Positions 38,201 to 49,962 of a stretch of 64,000 nucleotides of DNA are shown piece by piece. Location: positions 1-64,000 of the forward strand of contig NMRA01000239.1 of assembly GCA_002633005.1 (NCBI GenBank). The letters run 5' to 3'. A program made the position numbers and the translations under genes. Each line of letters starts with the position of its first letter. The first letter of the stretch is position 1. The DNA is from Phoronis australis. Lineage: Eukaryota; Animalia; Phoronida. The notes beneath the pieces are model-generated. The model was given only the letters and a program-made list of their open reading frames with translations, was not told the DNA's origin and made no database searches.

Positions 38201-41200
38201 CTGCAAACCGGTGTTAAATAAGTCTTGCAGACCAAATACAGTTGAGAAAAATATTTAAGTGTTACTATCACAGTGATCACAGTGTAAATGTCATCTACTT
38301 GGTAATAGTTATCTAGTTATTGAAGGTGTTATTTTGTTATGGAGCTATGCAAATTCAACACTAGATGTCATGTATCTTTGTATTATTGTAGTTAGCTGTT
38401 TACTGGTGTTGTTTTGTTACAGAGTGATGCAATTTCAACACTAGAAAAGGAACAAGACTATAGAGAGGAACATTTCGACTTCATTCAGCAGCATATTAGG
38501 AAGTTTTGTCTGAACTGTATCCTTTTGGACTGATATTTTAATCCTATTTCCTTTTGGACTGCTATATTAATCCTATTTTTGCCGCAACCGTTGAAATCCC
38601 TAAGGGACAGAGAGAATATAAGCCTTGTTTGTGTTAAGTACTCACTTTTGCAAGGTATGATGTAATGATACAAGAGTGAAGTATTTGATGTGTAATTCAA
38701 AAATTATATAAAATTGTATACTAATTTTCCTGACATTGTGGATTAAGTTGATTAAACTGGGCTCAAAAAGTTTTTTCCCAGGTATAGTTGATAGTTTGTA
38801 CCATGAAAAGGAACCGAGGGTCTATCTGCGTTGATACAAAATCTGCCCAACCCTGACTAATGGGGGTGGTGTCTTGGCACTTTGTACCTGGTGATCCCCT
38901 GAATGGTTTGTTTGGAGACTGGGATTGTTCATATCATTTGGTATTTCTTGGTAGTTAGGGCTTGCATATGCTTCTTACGAGTTTTTGTACGTATGAAAAA
39001 CTCTTGAATGGTCTGGCCTAAATGAGTTGACCGATAACATGGAACAGGTGCTCTGATGTTTGTGTGGCAACTTGGGATTTATACTAGGTCACCAAACAAA
39101 ATCTGGGCTTGCATTTGCGACCTGTAGGTCACCAAATCGAGCACTGATGTGGTTAAGTAACTTAATTTATAATTTTGTATTTTAATTAAAGTGAAGTGGG
39201 AGAGCAGGAAATGTTCCGTGTACTCTTCATGTTCGTTTTTTTTTTAATTTTGGAGTTAGAATAAAATTTATGAAGTCAGGGGTCAACATATCATTTTCTG
39301 CTGTTTGTGCAAAAAGTTCCATAACTGTCTTAGATGGTGCATCATTATTTTACACATCTGTCAAGGAAGAAAAGAACTGTGATCTACTGTACAAATACCT
39401 TCTACATAGGATATACGGTTTTCCATTCTCGCAGCCAGCATTCGTGGTGGAGAAAGACTCGGTGTTTGTGTGAGTAACCTGTAGGTTTTTGGTTGTAAGT
39501 GTGGTTATTAAATTGAATAACAGCAAAATAACGTGAACGTATGTAATTTATTCTCATTTTGTCACCTGGAAACTTGTTTCTTTTACTCTATAGAGAAAGG
39601 TCAACATTTGTACTTTACTTTTACTGAAATATGAATTGTCAGTTCCAAAAACTTTCCTTGTTAATTATTGTTCTGATCTTGTTCAGCTAATTATTCCAAC
39701 ATTCCTGAGTTAAGGGTCTGGTATTCAAGTTTCCTGTATCTTTCATTATTGCGTTCAATCGTGGTCAATCATTGTGCTTGCTCAGTGAAGTGGTACTCGG
39801 AATCGGGGTGTAGAAGAGATTCATGAACTTCCTCACGTCGGGAGTGTTGCGTAACTATTCATCATTTGTCATGGACATCTGGAATAATTATTGATGACTG
39901 TCCAGTTGAATGGGCATGTTTGGATATATGGCTTCTATCAGTTAATACCGATGGTATTCTTTGTATCTCGACCAAGGCTGTGAAGGCCTCCATGGAGTGC
40001 TTAGCCTCCAGTAGTGCTCACTAAAAACGGTATATTGTGTATGTTTAGAAAATTTATTTTGCCATTGTGTGCGAAGTGGTAGGCAGTGAGGGTAATCTCC
40101 CTGCATTAGCTTGTACCTGTAGATATGGTGAATGCCTGGCCCTCACTTTTAAATACTCGTGCTGAACCCAACACCCACCTGCTGGGTTATGAGTTTCTAA
40201 ATTTAAATGGGTATGTGCTAACCCAGGTGGGTACAGTAATGAAAACAACATCGATATTATTTTTGACAAAAAAAACTTAGAAATTGCATGACAATGAAAA
40301 GTTTTATACAAAATCTGGTCGTGTTGTTTTGCTAGGAATGTGCCTTTCTTTTTTGCTAAATTTCACTGGCCACGTGAGCTTATTAATATAAGTTAATTAA
40401 GGTAAGTATTAGGTCAGTAATCAAATTCTACAGACTTTCTGCTTCAGAAAATATTACTTTTGTTGTCAGAGTATAATTTTTTAAGTTTTGTGGATATTTG
40501 GCGTAATTTACAGACTTGTCTTACATTACCTATTCAGAAAGTGATTGCTTAGCATAATAGTTGTATTACCTGTGTAATTACCCAAGTTCTGGTTGGAAAT
40601 TAGCAGTAATCACAAAGTTGCCTGACAATGACTTAGTTTTTAGACTATTTCTTTGTAATGACATCTTTATGATAATGACCTGTAATTATTGTGGGACAAT
40701 CAGTGTGTATTTTAACCTCTATATTTATACCTTGATTTCGTTTCTGCGTTTTGGAGTAATTTATTGTAGAGCGATCAACATACCACATCATTGTGCCTTT
40801 ACATTGCCACATGTCTGACTGCGTCATTTTCAGAAATTGACGTCAATTTGCCGATTATTTTTCTGATATTTTGCTCATTGCTTGCATTTAACTTGTGTTA
40901 ATCGTCTCCGTTGTTTTGTGGGTGGATGCATGCTATTATGGAAGTGCTAAAAATACATCCATGGTCTTTTGTCTATCAACACTTTCATTCCAGTCCTGCC
41001 AGTCATTAAGATGGAGATGATAGATAACCAAAGCACTTCTCCACAATACACAAAGTTCTTGTCAATCTTAGTTCCAGTGAGCGTGATCTGGAGCATCTTA
41101 GTACTACCTGTAGCAGGTTTCAGTGGATATTAGACCGCCCTCAGTATGATAAACTATCAGAAAATCTGCCAATAATGACACTGCATTAGCTTATAGTGTC

Positions 41201-42844
41201 CATTTGTCTCTGTTAAGTGAAAGTCGTCACACTTAAGTGTAACGCTCAGAGTAAAAAGTAAGTGTTGTTGACACTGTAGCGTTTAAACCAAAATTGCAAA
41301 TTAATGTGAAATCTGGTTGTTATCTCCCTACAGTCCATGCGGCTGGGACAGTGCCAAGAAGATTAGCATCCTATATGACAACATGTCTAGTATGAAGCCA
41401 GACGACGCCTATGCTGACGTGATTGCGCGGCCGATCACTCGACGCACGGTGCATCGTGATGCTGAGATTGCAGTTGAAGATGAGCAGGCTTTCCTGCTGA
41501 AGCAGCAGGTGCAGCTCAGCAAGGCACCCGTGTCACGACCGGTCAGTTGATTCTCCCACCTTCTCCCAGTTTTTCAAAATGTTTACTGCATTGCACATGC
41601 CCAAAATGATGTTAAATGGAATACGATTTTTTTGCAACTGTCCTTTAAACTTAAACCAGGTATTTGAATTGCTACAACATCTATTTAGCAAATTTCACTG
41701 TTACCTCTTTATTATATCTGATTTGTGATATGATTTTTTCAGGAGGGGTCACCTTCACTTACCAAGCCTAGTGCCAAAATGCCATCTCCACGCCCCGGTG
41801 CCCTTACAGCTAGCCCCGGGAGCGGGGGAACTCCCAAGAAGCCCGATGCTGGCCGAGGTGGTCCAGGGGCGAGTGAAGGGGTGTTGGCTAACTTCTTCAA
41901 TAGTCTACTCAATAAGAAGCCTGGAGCTGGTGGCTCCCCTGTCAAAACTAATGGTCAGTCATCTTGTGCTTGATACACTGGACCCTGTATGCACTGAGCA
42001 ACACTAATGCCATTGTTCCGTTGCTTGATGTATCAGCATGTTTGTTAGTTGTCATGGGGATACAGCAAGCATGCAACAAATGGCTTAATGTGCGCTCTGT
42101 GTTCTAATGAAACCTATGAATGTCAACAAATACAGTCAAATGTTGTATTCCTTATGACGTTCTCCTTTCAAGCTTTATATCATGATGCAGTTTTCTATGT
42201 ATTTCTATTTTTGTTTGTGTGGCTAGATTTTTTTCATCTCACACTAAAAATTATCCAATTTGGGACAGTCTATTGGATATGGTAGAGGGAAACTCTCGCA
42301 ACAATTGAATCTTCTTGATTGTGTAGTTTGGGAGAAGGATGATTTTGGCGTTCACCATATCTTGCAAGTTTCAGACAATTTTGTTTTCAATTTGGGATGA
42401 CGATCAGTATTTCTAGAATTTTGGACAAAGTCCGACCGTCTCAAATTGGAGAATTTTTACCACATGAACATAAAAATGTAGTCAGTGTGTATCAAACTGA
42501 TTTGTTGGTCGAATAATTATTGATTTTCTAAATGTTATGGTGAGGAGTGCATTGTTTTAGAGAGCTTGTCATTTACCCTGAGTCATACCTGACATTTACC
42601 CTGAGTCATACCTGACATTTACCCCGAGTCATACCTGACATTTACCCCGAGTCATACCTGACATTTACCCCGAGTCATACCTGACATTTACCCTGAGTCA
42701 TACCAGACATTTACCCCGAGTCATACCTGCCATTTGTTACTCATTTCAGAACAAGCATCTGTGAGTCGAGATGCTGCTGCTGAGCTAGAACGAATGACCC
42801 GATCAAAGAAGACCACGGCAGCCAATCAGAACTCTAACAGTTAA
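29146..42844 (+). CDS. DYNC1LI: Cytoplasmic dynein 1 light intermediate chain (DYNC1LI1/2 homologue), 10 coding exons, 478 aa
   Basis: The spliced CDS is 1437 nt with all phases consistent. Family motifs: NLWNTILSEV, P-loop [81 protein letters not shown], helix-1 [13 protein letters not shown], helix-2 [10 protein letters not shown]. Confidence 0.96.
29528..29660 (+). mobile_element. Possible decayed tRNA-derived SINE in intron 1
   Basis: An A-box-like tagcccaagcgag (29528) and a B-box-like ggttcgattt (29561) lie at tRNA-like spacing, but there is no cloverleaf. Confidence 0.3.
31484..31557 (+). CDS. DYNC1LI: DYNC1LI exon 2
   Basis: tttttaag|G AAC ACA...TTA G|gtaagt; encodes [24 protein letters not shown]. 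Confidence 0.93.
32313..32429 (+). CDS. DYNC1LI: DYNC1LI exon 3 (P-loop)
   Basis: ttctcag|GT GAC...GAA G|gtatgg; encodes [39 protein letters not shown]. Confidence 0.95.
36551..36781 (+). CDS. DYNC1LI: DYNC1LI exon 4
   Basis: tttttcag|AT CAG...AGT T|gtaagt; encodes [13 protein letters not shown]...MKEYEES. Confidence 0.95.
36803..36987. repeat. 37-bp minisatellite, 5 units, in DYNC1LI intron 4
   Basis: Unit tttgtaactagggatgtagaaggcaggctgttattac, near-identical copies. Confidence 0.95.
37456..37646 (+). CDS. DYNC1LI: DYNC1LI exon 5
   Basis: ttcttgcag|TG GTC...ACA AAG|gtaact; encodes [11 protein letters not shown]...[12 protein letters not shown]. Confidence 0.95.
38423..38516 (+). CDS. DYNC1LI: DYNC1LI exon 6
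   Basis: ttgttacag|AGT GAT...AAC T|gtatcctttt; encodes [31 protein letters not shown]. Confidence 0.95.
38517..39333 (+). other. U12-type (minor spliceosome) GT-AG intron
   Basis: The 5' splice site is GTATCCTTTT. A branch site TTCCATAAC (39317-39325) lies just upstream of TAG, with no polypyrimidine tract. Confidence 0.9.
39334..39469 (+). CDS. DYNC1LI: DYNC1LI exon 7
   Basis: tag|AT GGT...TTT GT|gtgagt; encodes [29 protein letters not shown]...VVEKDSVFV. Confidence 0.95.
41334..41541 (+). CDS. DYNC1LI: DYNC1LI exon 8
   Basis: ccctacag|T CCA TGC GGC TGG GAC...CGA CCG|gtcagt. Confidence 0.93.
41743..41953 (+). CDS. DYNC1LI: DYNC1LI exon 9 (adaptor-binding helix 1)
   Basis: ttttttcag|GAG GGG...AAT G|gtcagt; encodes [16 protein letters not shown]. 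Confidence 0.93.
42570..42730. repeat. 23-bp minisatellite, 7 units, in the last DYNC1LI intron
   Basis: Unit catttacccYgagtcatacctga. Confidence 0.95.
42750..42844 (+). CDS. DYNC1LI: DYNC1LI exon 10 (helix 2 and stop)
   Basis: catttcag|AA CAA GCA...AGT TAA; encodes [31 protein letters not shown]. Confidence 0.9.
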
Positions 42845-44979
42845 GACTAGTAAGTCATGTGACTTTCGTATTGTGAAGACATCGGATGTGCAGGCATAGA
42901 TCACGAGGCTTTCAAGCAATAGAGAACAAATCTTATTCGCTGACTGTGTGGCAGGATGGCACAATGACGTGAAAGACACGGTAAACAGGAGAAGAGAAGG
43001 GAGACTCTGGCAAATGCTGATATTCTGGGCTAGCAATAAAGCCTATCTCACCAAGAAGATGACCAACATTTTCCTCACTTACAAGGAAGAGTGATAATCT
43101 CGGATATAACGTACATGCATTTTGAGAACCAGTTTTCTCTTCTAAGTAATGGGCATGGAACTGGTTCTCAACTATTGCCCGAGGAAGTAAATTGGTTGTT
43201 ACTATGAGAAATTGTGTTGCGTCACTTTTATGCTTATAAATTCTTTGGCTCAGTCAACATTGAGAATGTGTTGGACTCTTGAAAAATTCCACACGTGGCT
43301 AATCTTGGAAGGTTATATCTCAGAAATTGCTTGTAGGATTCATATGAAACTTTCAGATTTTTTATTTTGTGCAATTATTTTTAAATTGGTCCACTTTTGC
43401 TCGAGGGGATATCAAAAATAGAACATAAATACTTTTTTCGATAAATTCTATAGTTGTGTAGGTATTTGTCCGAATGAACCTTAGAGTGGTTCAAGATGCA
43501 GGTGACAATCGATTCGAATCAAGAGATTTTGAAAACAGGTTTTTTACCCAGGGAACATTCTTTGGTGGTGCCACCTTGTGTGCAGTTTTCGGTCAAAAGT
43601 AGTTCCTTATAGCAGCACGTCCCGTCATACCCAGCAAGTGGAAGCTCCTTGTGGTGTGAAAGTGTGTTAAGTTCCTAGAATCGTATCCACTACAGAATGT
43701 GCTTGTTCACTTGTTATGGTTTTGATATGGCATAAAATGGGAGTGATTCTCTGTCCTGTGTACCCGTTGAATGTTGCCTGTTGTTTCCTGAGCTTTGCCA
43801 AATTAACTCATTACTGNTATGCTGACGTGATTGCGCGGCCGATCACTCGACGCACGGTGCATCGTGATGCTGAGATTGCAGTAGAAGATGAGCAGGCTTT
43901 TCTGCTGAAGCAGCAGGTGCAGCTCAGCAAGGCACCCGTGTCACGACCGGTCAGTTGATTCTCCCACCTTCTCCCAGTTTGTCAAAATGTTTACTGCATT
44001 GCACTTGCCCAAAATGATGTTAAATGGAATACGATTTTTTTCTGCAACTGTCCTTGAAACTAAGCCAGGTATTTTGATTTGCTACAACATCTATTTAATA
44101 GCAAATTTCACTGTTACCTCTTTATTATATCTGATTTGTGATATGATTTTTTCAGGAGGGGTCACCTTCACTTACCAAGCCTAGTGCCAAAATGCCATCT
44201 CCACGCCCCGGTGCCCTTACAGCTAGCCCCGGGAGCGGGGGAACTCCCAAGAAGCCCGATGCTGGCCGAGGTGGTCCAGGGGCGAGTGAAGGGGTGTTGG
44301 CTAACTTCTTCAATAGTCTACTCAATAAGAAGCCTGGAGCTGGTGGCTCCCCTGTCAAAACTAATGGTCAGTCATCTTGTGCTTGATACACTGCACCCTG
44401 TATGCACTGAGCAACACTAATGACATTGTTCCGTTGCTTGATGTATCAGCATGTTTGTTAGTTGTCATGGGGATACAGTGAGCATGCAACAAATGGCTTA
44501 ATGTGCGCTTTGTGTTCTAATGAAACCTATGAATGTCAACAAATAGTCAAATGTTGTTGTATTCCTTGTGACTTTCTCCTTTCAAGATTCATATCTTGAT
44601 GCAGTTTTCTACGTATTTCTATTTTTGTTTATGTGGCTAGTTTTTTCATCTCGCAGTAAAAATTATCCAATTTGGGACAGTCTATTGGATATGGTACGGG
44701 GAAACTCTCGCAACAATTGAATCTTCTTGATTCTGTAATTTGGGAGAAGGACGATTTTGGCGTTCACCATATCTCGCAAGTTTCAGACAATGTTGTTTTC
44801 AATTTGGGACGACGACCAGTATTTCTAGAATTTTGTACTAAGTCCGACCGTCTCAAATTGGAGAATTTTTACCACATGAACATAAAAATAGTCAGTGTGT
44901 ATCAAACTGATTTATTGGTCGAGTAATTATTGATTTTCTAAATGTTATGATGAGGATTGCATTGTTTGAGAGAGCTTAT

Positions 44980-45118
44980 CATTTGCCCCGAGTCATACCT
45001 GACATTTACCCTGAGTCATACCTGACATTTACCCTGAGTCATACCTGACATTTACCCTGAGTCATACCTGACATTTACCCTGAGTCATACCTGACATTTA
45101 CCCTGAGTCATACCTGAC
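44980..45118. repeat. 23-bp minisatellite (second copy) running into the assembly gap
   Basis: Same unit as 42570-42730, about 6 units, then Ns. Confidence 0.92.
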
Positions 45119-45591
45119 NNNNNNNNNNNNNNNNNNNNNNNNNNNNNNNNNNNNNNNNNNNNNNNNNNNNNNNNNNNNNNNNNNNNNNNNNNNNNNNNNN
45201 NNNNNNNNNNNNNNNNNNNNNNNNNNNNNNNNNNNNNNNNNNNNNNNNNNNNNNNNNNNNNNNNNNNNNNNNNNNNNNNNNNNNNNNNNNNNNNNNNNNN
45301 NNNNNNNNNNNNNNNNNNNNNNNNNNNNNNNNNNNNNNNNNNNNNNNNNNNNNNNNNNNNNNNNNNNNNNNNNNNNNNNNNNNNNNNNNNNNNNNNNNNN
45401 NNNNNNNNNNNNNNNNNNNNNNNNNNNNNNNNNNNNNNNNNNNNNNNNNNNNNNNNNNNNNNNNNNNNNNNNNNNNNNNNNNNNNNNNNNNNNNNNNNNN
45501 NNNNNNNNNNNNNNNNNNNNNNNNNNNNNNNNNNNNNNNNNNNNNNNNNNNNNNNNNNNNNNNNNNNNNNNNNNNNNNNNNNNNNNNNNNN
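45119..45591. other. Assembly gap (473 N)
   Basis: Run of n. Confidence 0.99.
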
Positions 45592-48500
45592 TTTTGAGAA
45601 CCAGTTTTCTCTTCTAAGTAATGGGCATTGAACTGGTTCTCAACTATTTCCCGAGGAAGTAAATTGGTTGTTACTATGAGAAATTGTGTTGCGTCACTTT
45701 TATGCTTATAAATTCTTTGGCTCAGTCAACATTGAGAATGTGTTGGACTCTTGAAAAATTCCACATGTGGCTAATCTTGGAAGGTTATATCTCAGAAATT
45801 GCTTGTAGGATTCATATGAAACTTTCAGATTTTTTATTTTGTGCAATTATTTTTAAATTGGTCCACTTTTGCTCGAGGGGATATCAAAAATAGAACATAA
45901 ATACTTTTTTCAATAAATTCTATAGTTGTGTAGGTATTTGTCTGAATGAACCTTAGAGTGGTTCAAGATGCAGGTGACAATCGATTCGAATCAAGAGATT
46001 TTGAAAACAGGTTTTTTACCCAGGGAACATTCTTTGGTGGTGCCACCTTGTGTGCAGTTTTCAGTCGAAAGTAGTTCCTTATAGCAGCACGTCCCGTCAT
46101 ACCCAGCAAGTGGAAGCTCCTTGTGGTGTGAAAGTGTGTTAAGTTCCTAGAATCGTATCCACTACAGAATGTGCTTGTTCACTTGTTATGGTTTTGATAT
46201 GGCATAAAATGGGAGTGATTCTCTGTCTTGTGTACCCGTTGAATGTTGCCTGTTGTTTCCTGAGCTTTGCCAAATTAACTCATTACTGTGTCTCCTGAGA
46301 TCAGTATTGAAATTGTCGCTTTCTTAAAAAGAATGTTGGAGCCTATTGAGTTTTATTTCATTCGTGGTTACATCCCAATGGCGTTGAAATTGTATATAAA
46401 TATAGGACTTATTTTGTTCCATGTATATGTAGAGCATGCCTGTGAAGTTTGTAGCCGTGGTCAATACAGTTCGTAGTTATAGAAGTGATTTAACTTATTG
46501 GACGTGTAAATAAGATCAGTTAGCAGATTCCAGTCTATGTTTTGTTGCAGTAAGACTCTAACATGATATTCTAGTTCACAAACTCAGTCACCCGCGTATG
46601 TAGTTTTTCATTTTTGGTTCATTTAATACAGTATTACTGTTTGGCTAGTCCTATAATTCTCTTCAGTTTGTAGACTAGTGACATGATGTTGACGTTTTTA
46701 TTGGGACTTTGTTTTTCAACGGTGCTGGATAATAGAGCTGAGTAGTGTCTTCATTGAGTGAAATTTTTAAGAAAGTTATTCGTCAATATTATAAAGCAGA
46801 AGCTAGTGACAGTTAATCTGATGTGTGTTATTTTGCAGAAATGTTATCAACATGTTATATACCCTTAACCTGCCCCCTGTAGGCGTGGTAGGTTATCTCA
46901 AATAAACAATAAATCATGTAAATTAATTATGCAAAGTGTGTTAACAATGGTCTTTGTCATAGGTGTTGCAGTATAGAATAGGGCTTACTTTGAACGTTTT
47001 GCCTTCCCTTGAGTTAGATTTCTGTGTCAAAAACCTGATATTTTTGACCGCAGACAATAAGTTGCTCTTGTGAACATTTTTGTGAGCAAATATTTATTGG
47101 TGACTCATTGCTGCTCTGCATTATTCATTTTTGAGAAATGATGTGTGGAACCCATTTGCTGGCTTGCAACCCAACACTGTTCGCTATTTAGATGTAGTTC
47201 AGCCATTACAAGTAGTTTTTGAGACCGGTGATTGGTCTGGTACAATACATGGCTAAAATATTCTGACAAAGTGATCCAGGCTTACCCATCATGATAAGGG
47301 AGCTGAAGCAGAATTCCTGGTTGTGATGGCAGAATGCCGGTGGAATTCACCTTCATAGTATCTGCAGGAATGGCAGGTTGTTTATTTCGTTACCTGTGTA
47401 CTTACAGGGGAAAGCAAACATGCGTAAAAGATGCACATCTCTGGTTACCTTGTTATAGAGACATTGTTGAGTGTTAGTTATTGTTTCCTTGACAAGTATG
47501 CAGTTAATACAAAGTGATGCGGCCTGGCAAAGGGTCCACATCTTGGTTCTGCATTCACTTCTACTGATGACATTGGAATGCACAGACTCTGTTCATTGAG
47601 ACATTATGTGACGGCCACTTTTGAAGTGACTGACTGGGAGGATGTGAAGTTTCTGTCTCGCTAGTGGCTATGTTACGGGAACGAGCAACTGATTAGCTGC
47701 CCCACATTACATAGACCACTGACTACTGGTCAGGTGAGGCCAATGACCATTGTTACCACCCGCCTGTATTGGCAGATAATTCTACTGGCTGTGGATGGCA
47801 CGATCTTGTCATGTCGCGGCCAGCAAGTATTGGGGCTGGCTCTTGAAATTCCACCTTTCTCTAGAAAACGTTATTCAGGACGCCAGAAAATGGTGTGCCT
47901 GGTGTTTTCTTTGCTGATACTGCGTTGAATCGTCGCATCTTTCGGAACTTTCGGATGGTGTCATGTCTAACCACATTTTGAGACCTTAATTATGGTCATA
48001 AATAGTAGGGTAAAAGTCAGTGTGCGATTTTAAGCCGTTATTTTGAAACAAGAGCCAGCTCTGAGAAAAAATTGGACTATTATACGCGTAGTTGTTCTTT
48101 CGAACCACCGAAGCCAGCCAGAACTGCATTTTCGGGTTTCACTCCTATCGTTTCCAAACAAAACGTGATGACTGACAGCACTTGGGGTACACATTTGCTT
48201 TCAATTTCCTGTTATTTTTCATGTATGCATGTACTATTGGTTGCTTTTGCCTGCGTCTCAGTGGAGATGTAACTACGGTTGTCCTAATTTATGTGGCTTT
48301 GGTCATTTATATGTGAGCAATAAACCAGTAAAAACGTAGTGTTAACAGTTCTTTGTTTAACCGACAAACGGGGAGACACGTTTTTGTCTCTGACCATTGC
48401 TGGTCATTGAAGCCCCACGTGATGATTGTTCTTTTCCTCCACTAAGTAGCCTTATAGTTACCCTCCTGCTCGAAAATGATGCCGTTAGTCCTTTTATTCT

Positions 48501-49962
48501 GCAATTCGTCCCTCAAATTGGATGCTTTACCGCTCATACAATTTTTCTCGCAATATTCCTTCTGTCTGTCTTAAGTTTTCCGTTACCCGCAGGCAATGCG
48601 TACATGAGCCATTTTCGAATCAGTTCCGCAATTTTAGGTTGACCAACCTCAATAAACTCCATGCCTATTTTTGGAGTCTTGATGATTTCCGATGTTTTTA
48701 CTCGTAACAGAAATAGAAACCTAGTCGCGATGAAGAATAAAAAAGTAAAAGCTTACTTCAATTTTCGTGTTTAGCTAGCTAAGGAAAAAATAGCCACGCC
48801 AAGAGGAGGCAACACAGATGGAGGACTTGTCTGCGCGAAATCATTGACAGGTCCTTCGCCTGTGCTGCCTCCCGCTCTCTGCGTGGCTGGCAGGCAAAAT
48901 GCAGCTTGAAATTTGTTGATTTAAAGCGTCATCTATTGGCCAATTTCTGTTGCGAGACCGTCCTGCCCATGAGCCCTCTGAAACCATGGGGTATAAAACA
49001 ATACCGACATGTCACCCATGCCTATGCTTTAGTGGAACTGTTAAGCATCATGGAAATCAATGACATTTCCTGAGTCCGCTCAAAAATAGTTCAGCTCTGA
49101 AAGAGACAACTTGTGAGAACTGGAAGCAGAAGAAATGAAGCCTACCAGGAAAAGTCGCTTGGTATTGCTTTTAATACTCTACATTACAACCGCGCTCGAC
49201 ACAAGGTCAAAGTCTTAGCTCGAAAATACGAGTGACGGCATATTTGCCACTAGTATTCCCGGATTCGACATCGTAAAAAATACCGATGACCAAAAAATGC
49301 CGGGACTCTGCCGATAACTCGAATGTATGGGCATTATCTAAAATGAGTAAAGGCTTCATATTAAGAGGACGGGTGATTTTTTTAAACGTTCGTGAAAAAC
49401 ACGGACACGATCGCCGGGTTGACGCCCGTTATTTTGGTTGGAGACGCGGTTGTTGGGCACTTTTTTGAGCTAAAGTAACTTAAAAAACTAAGTCGGTTGG
49501 TGACGAGGAGCATCAAAACAGTAGCGCGGAAAAGGGGGTCGACGACCCTGGGCATCCACATGTAGCCGGGGGCATCCAATCAATAACTTAACTTTTTGAA
49601 ATTCTGACTTATTTGTAGCTAACTTGAATAAAGTTTCCATTTTATGTTTCATCTTCGACAGGATTTCAGTCGTTAGTGGCTTTCATTGAGTAACCCTCGC
49701 ACCTCTCGCAGGAAAACTTGATGCCGAATAGCGAAACAGGGCACTTGAGCTTCCGAAGTGCTCGTTGGTTTTCATGCGTTTCTGTCACTGCTCGTTGATC
49801 TGGTTGAGATTCAATAATGTAGGTCTGTCAAAGAGTTTTTAGACTATAGTTAATGACTACTTACGTTATATGTACAAGGGATATTGTATTTACGGCAAGA
49901 TGTTTTAAATTCTGACTTCATGTGGGCATCAGACATCTTTTGACAAGTAGCTTACTTTTTTT

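Larger units (their letters stand above)
43818..46288 (+). repeat. Near-identical second copy of 41410-43816 (partial exon 8, exon 9, introns, 3' UTR); likely an allelic assembly artefact
   Basis: It starts in mid-exon right after a single N (43817), differs by scattered SNPs and small indels, and contains the N gap where exon 10 should be. Confidence 0.9.

Noticed and set aside
41739-42007. Antisense and alternative-frame ORFs over DYNC1LI exon 9 (and its copy at 44152-44420)
   Set aside because: They are shadows of a GC-rich real exon.
43716-44386. Second DYNC1LI paralogue
   Set aside because: It begins in mid-exon at a single N and is near-identical to the first copy; an allelic duplicate explains it best.
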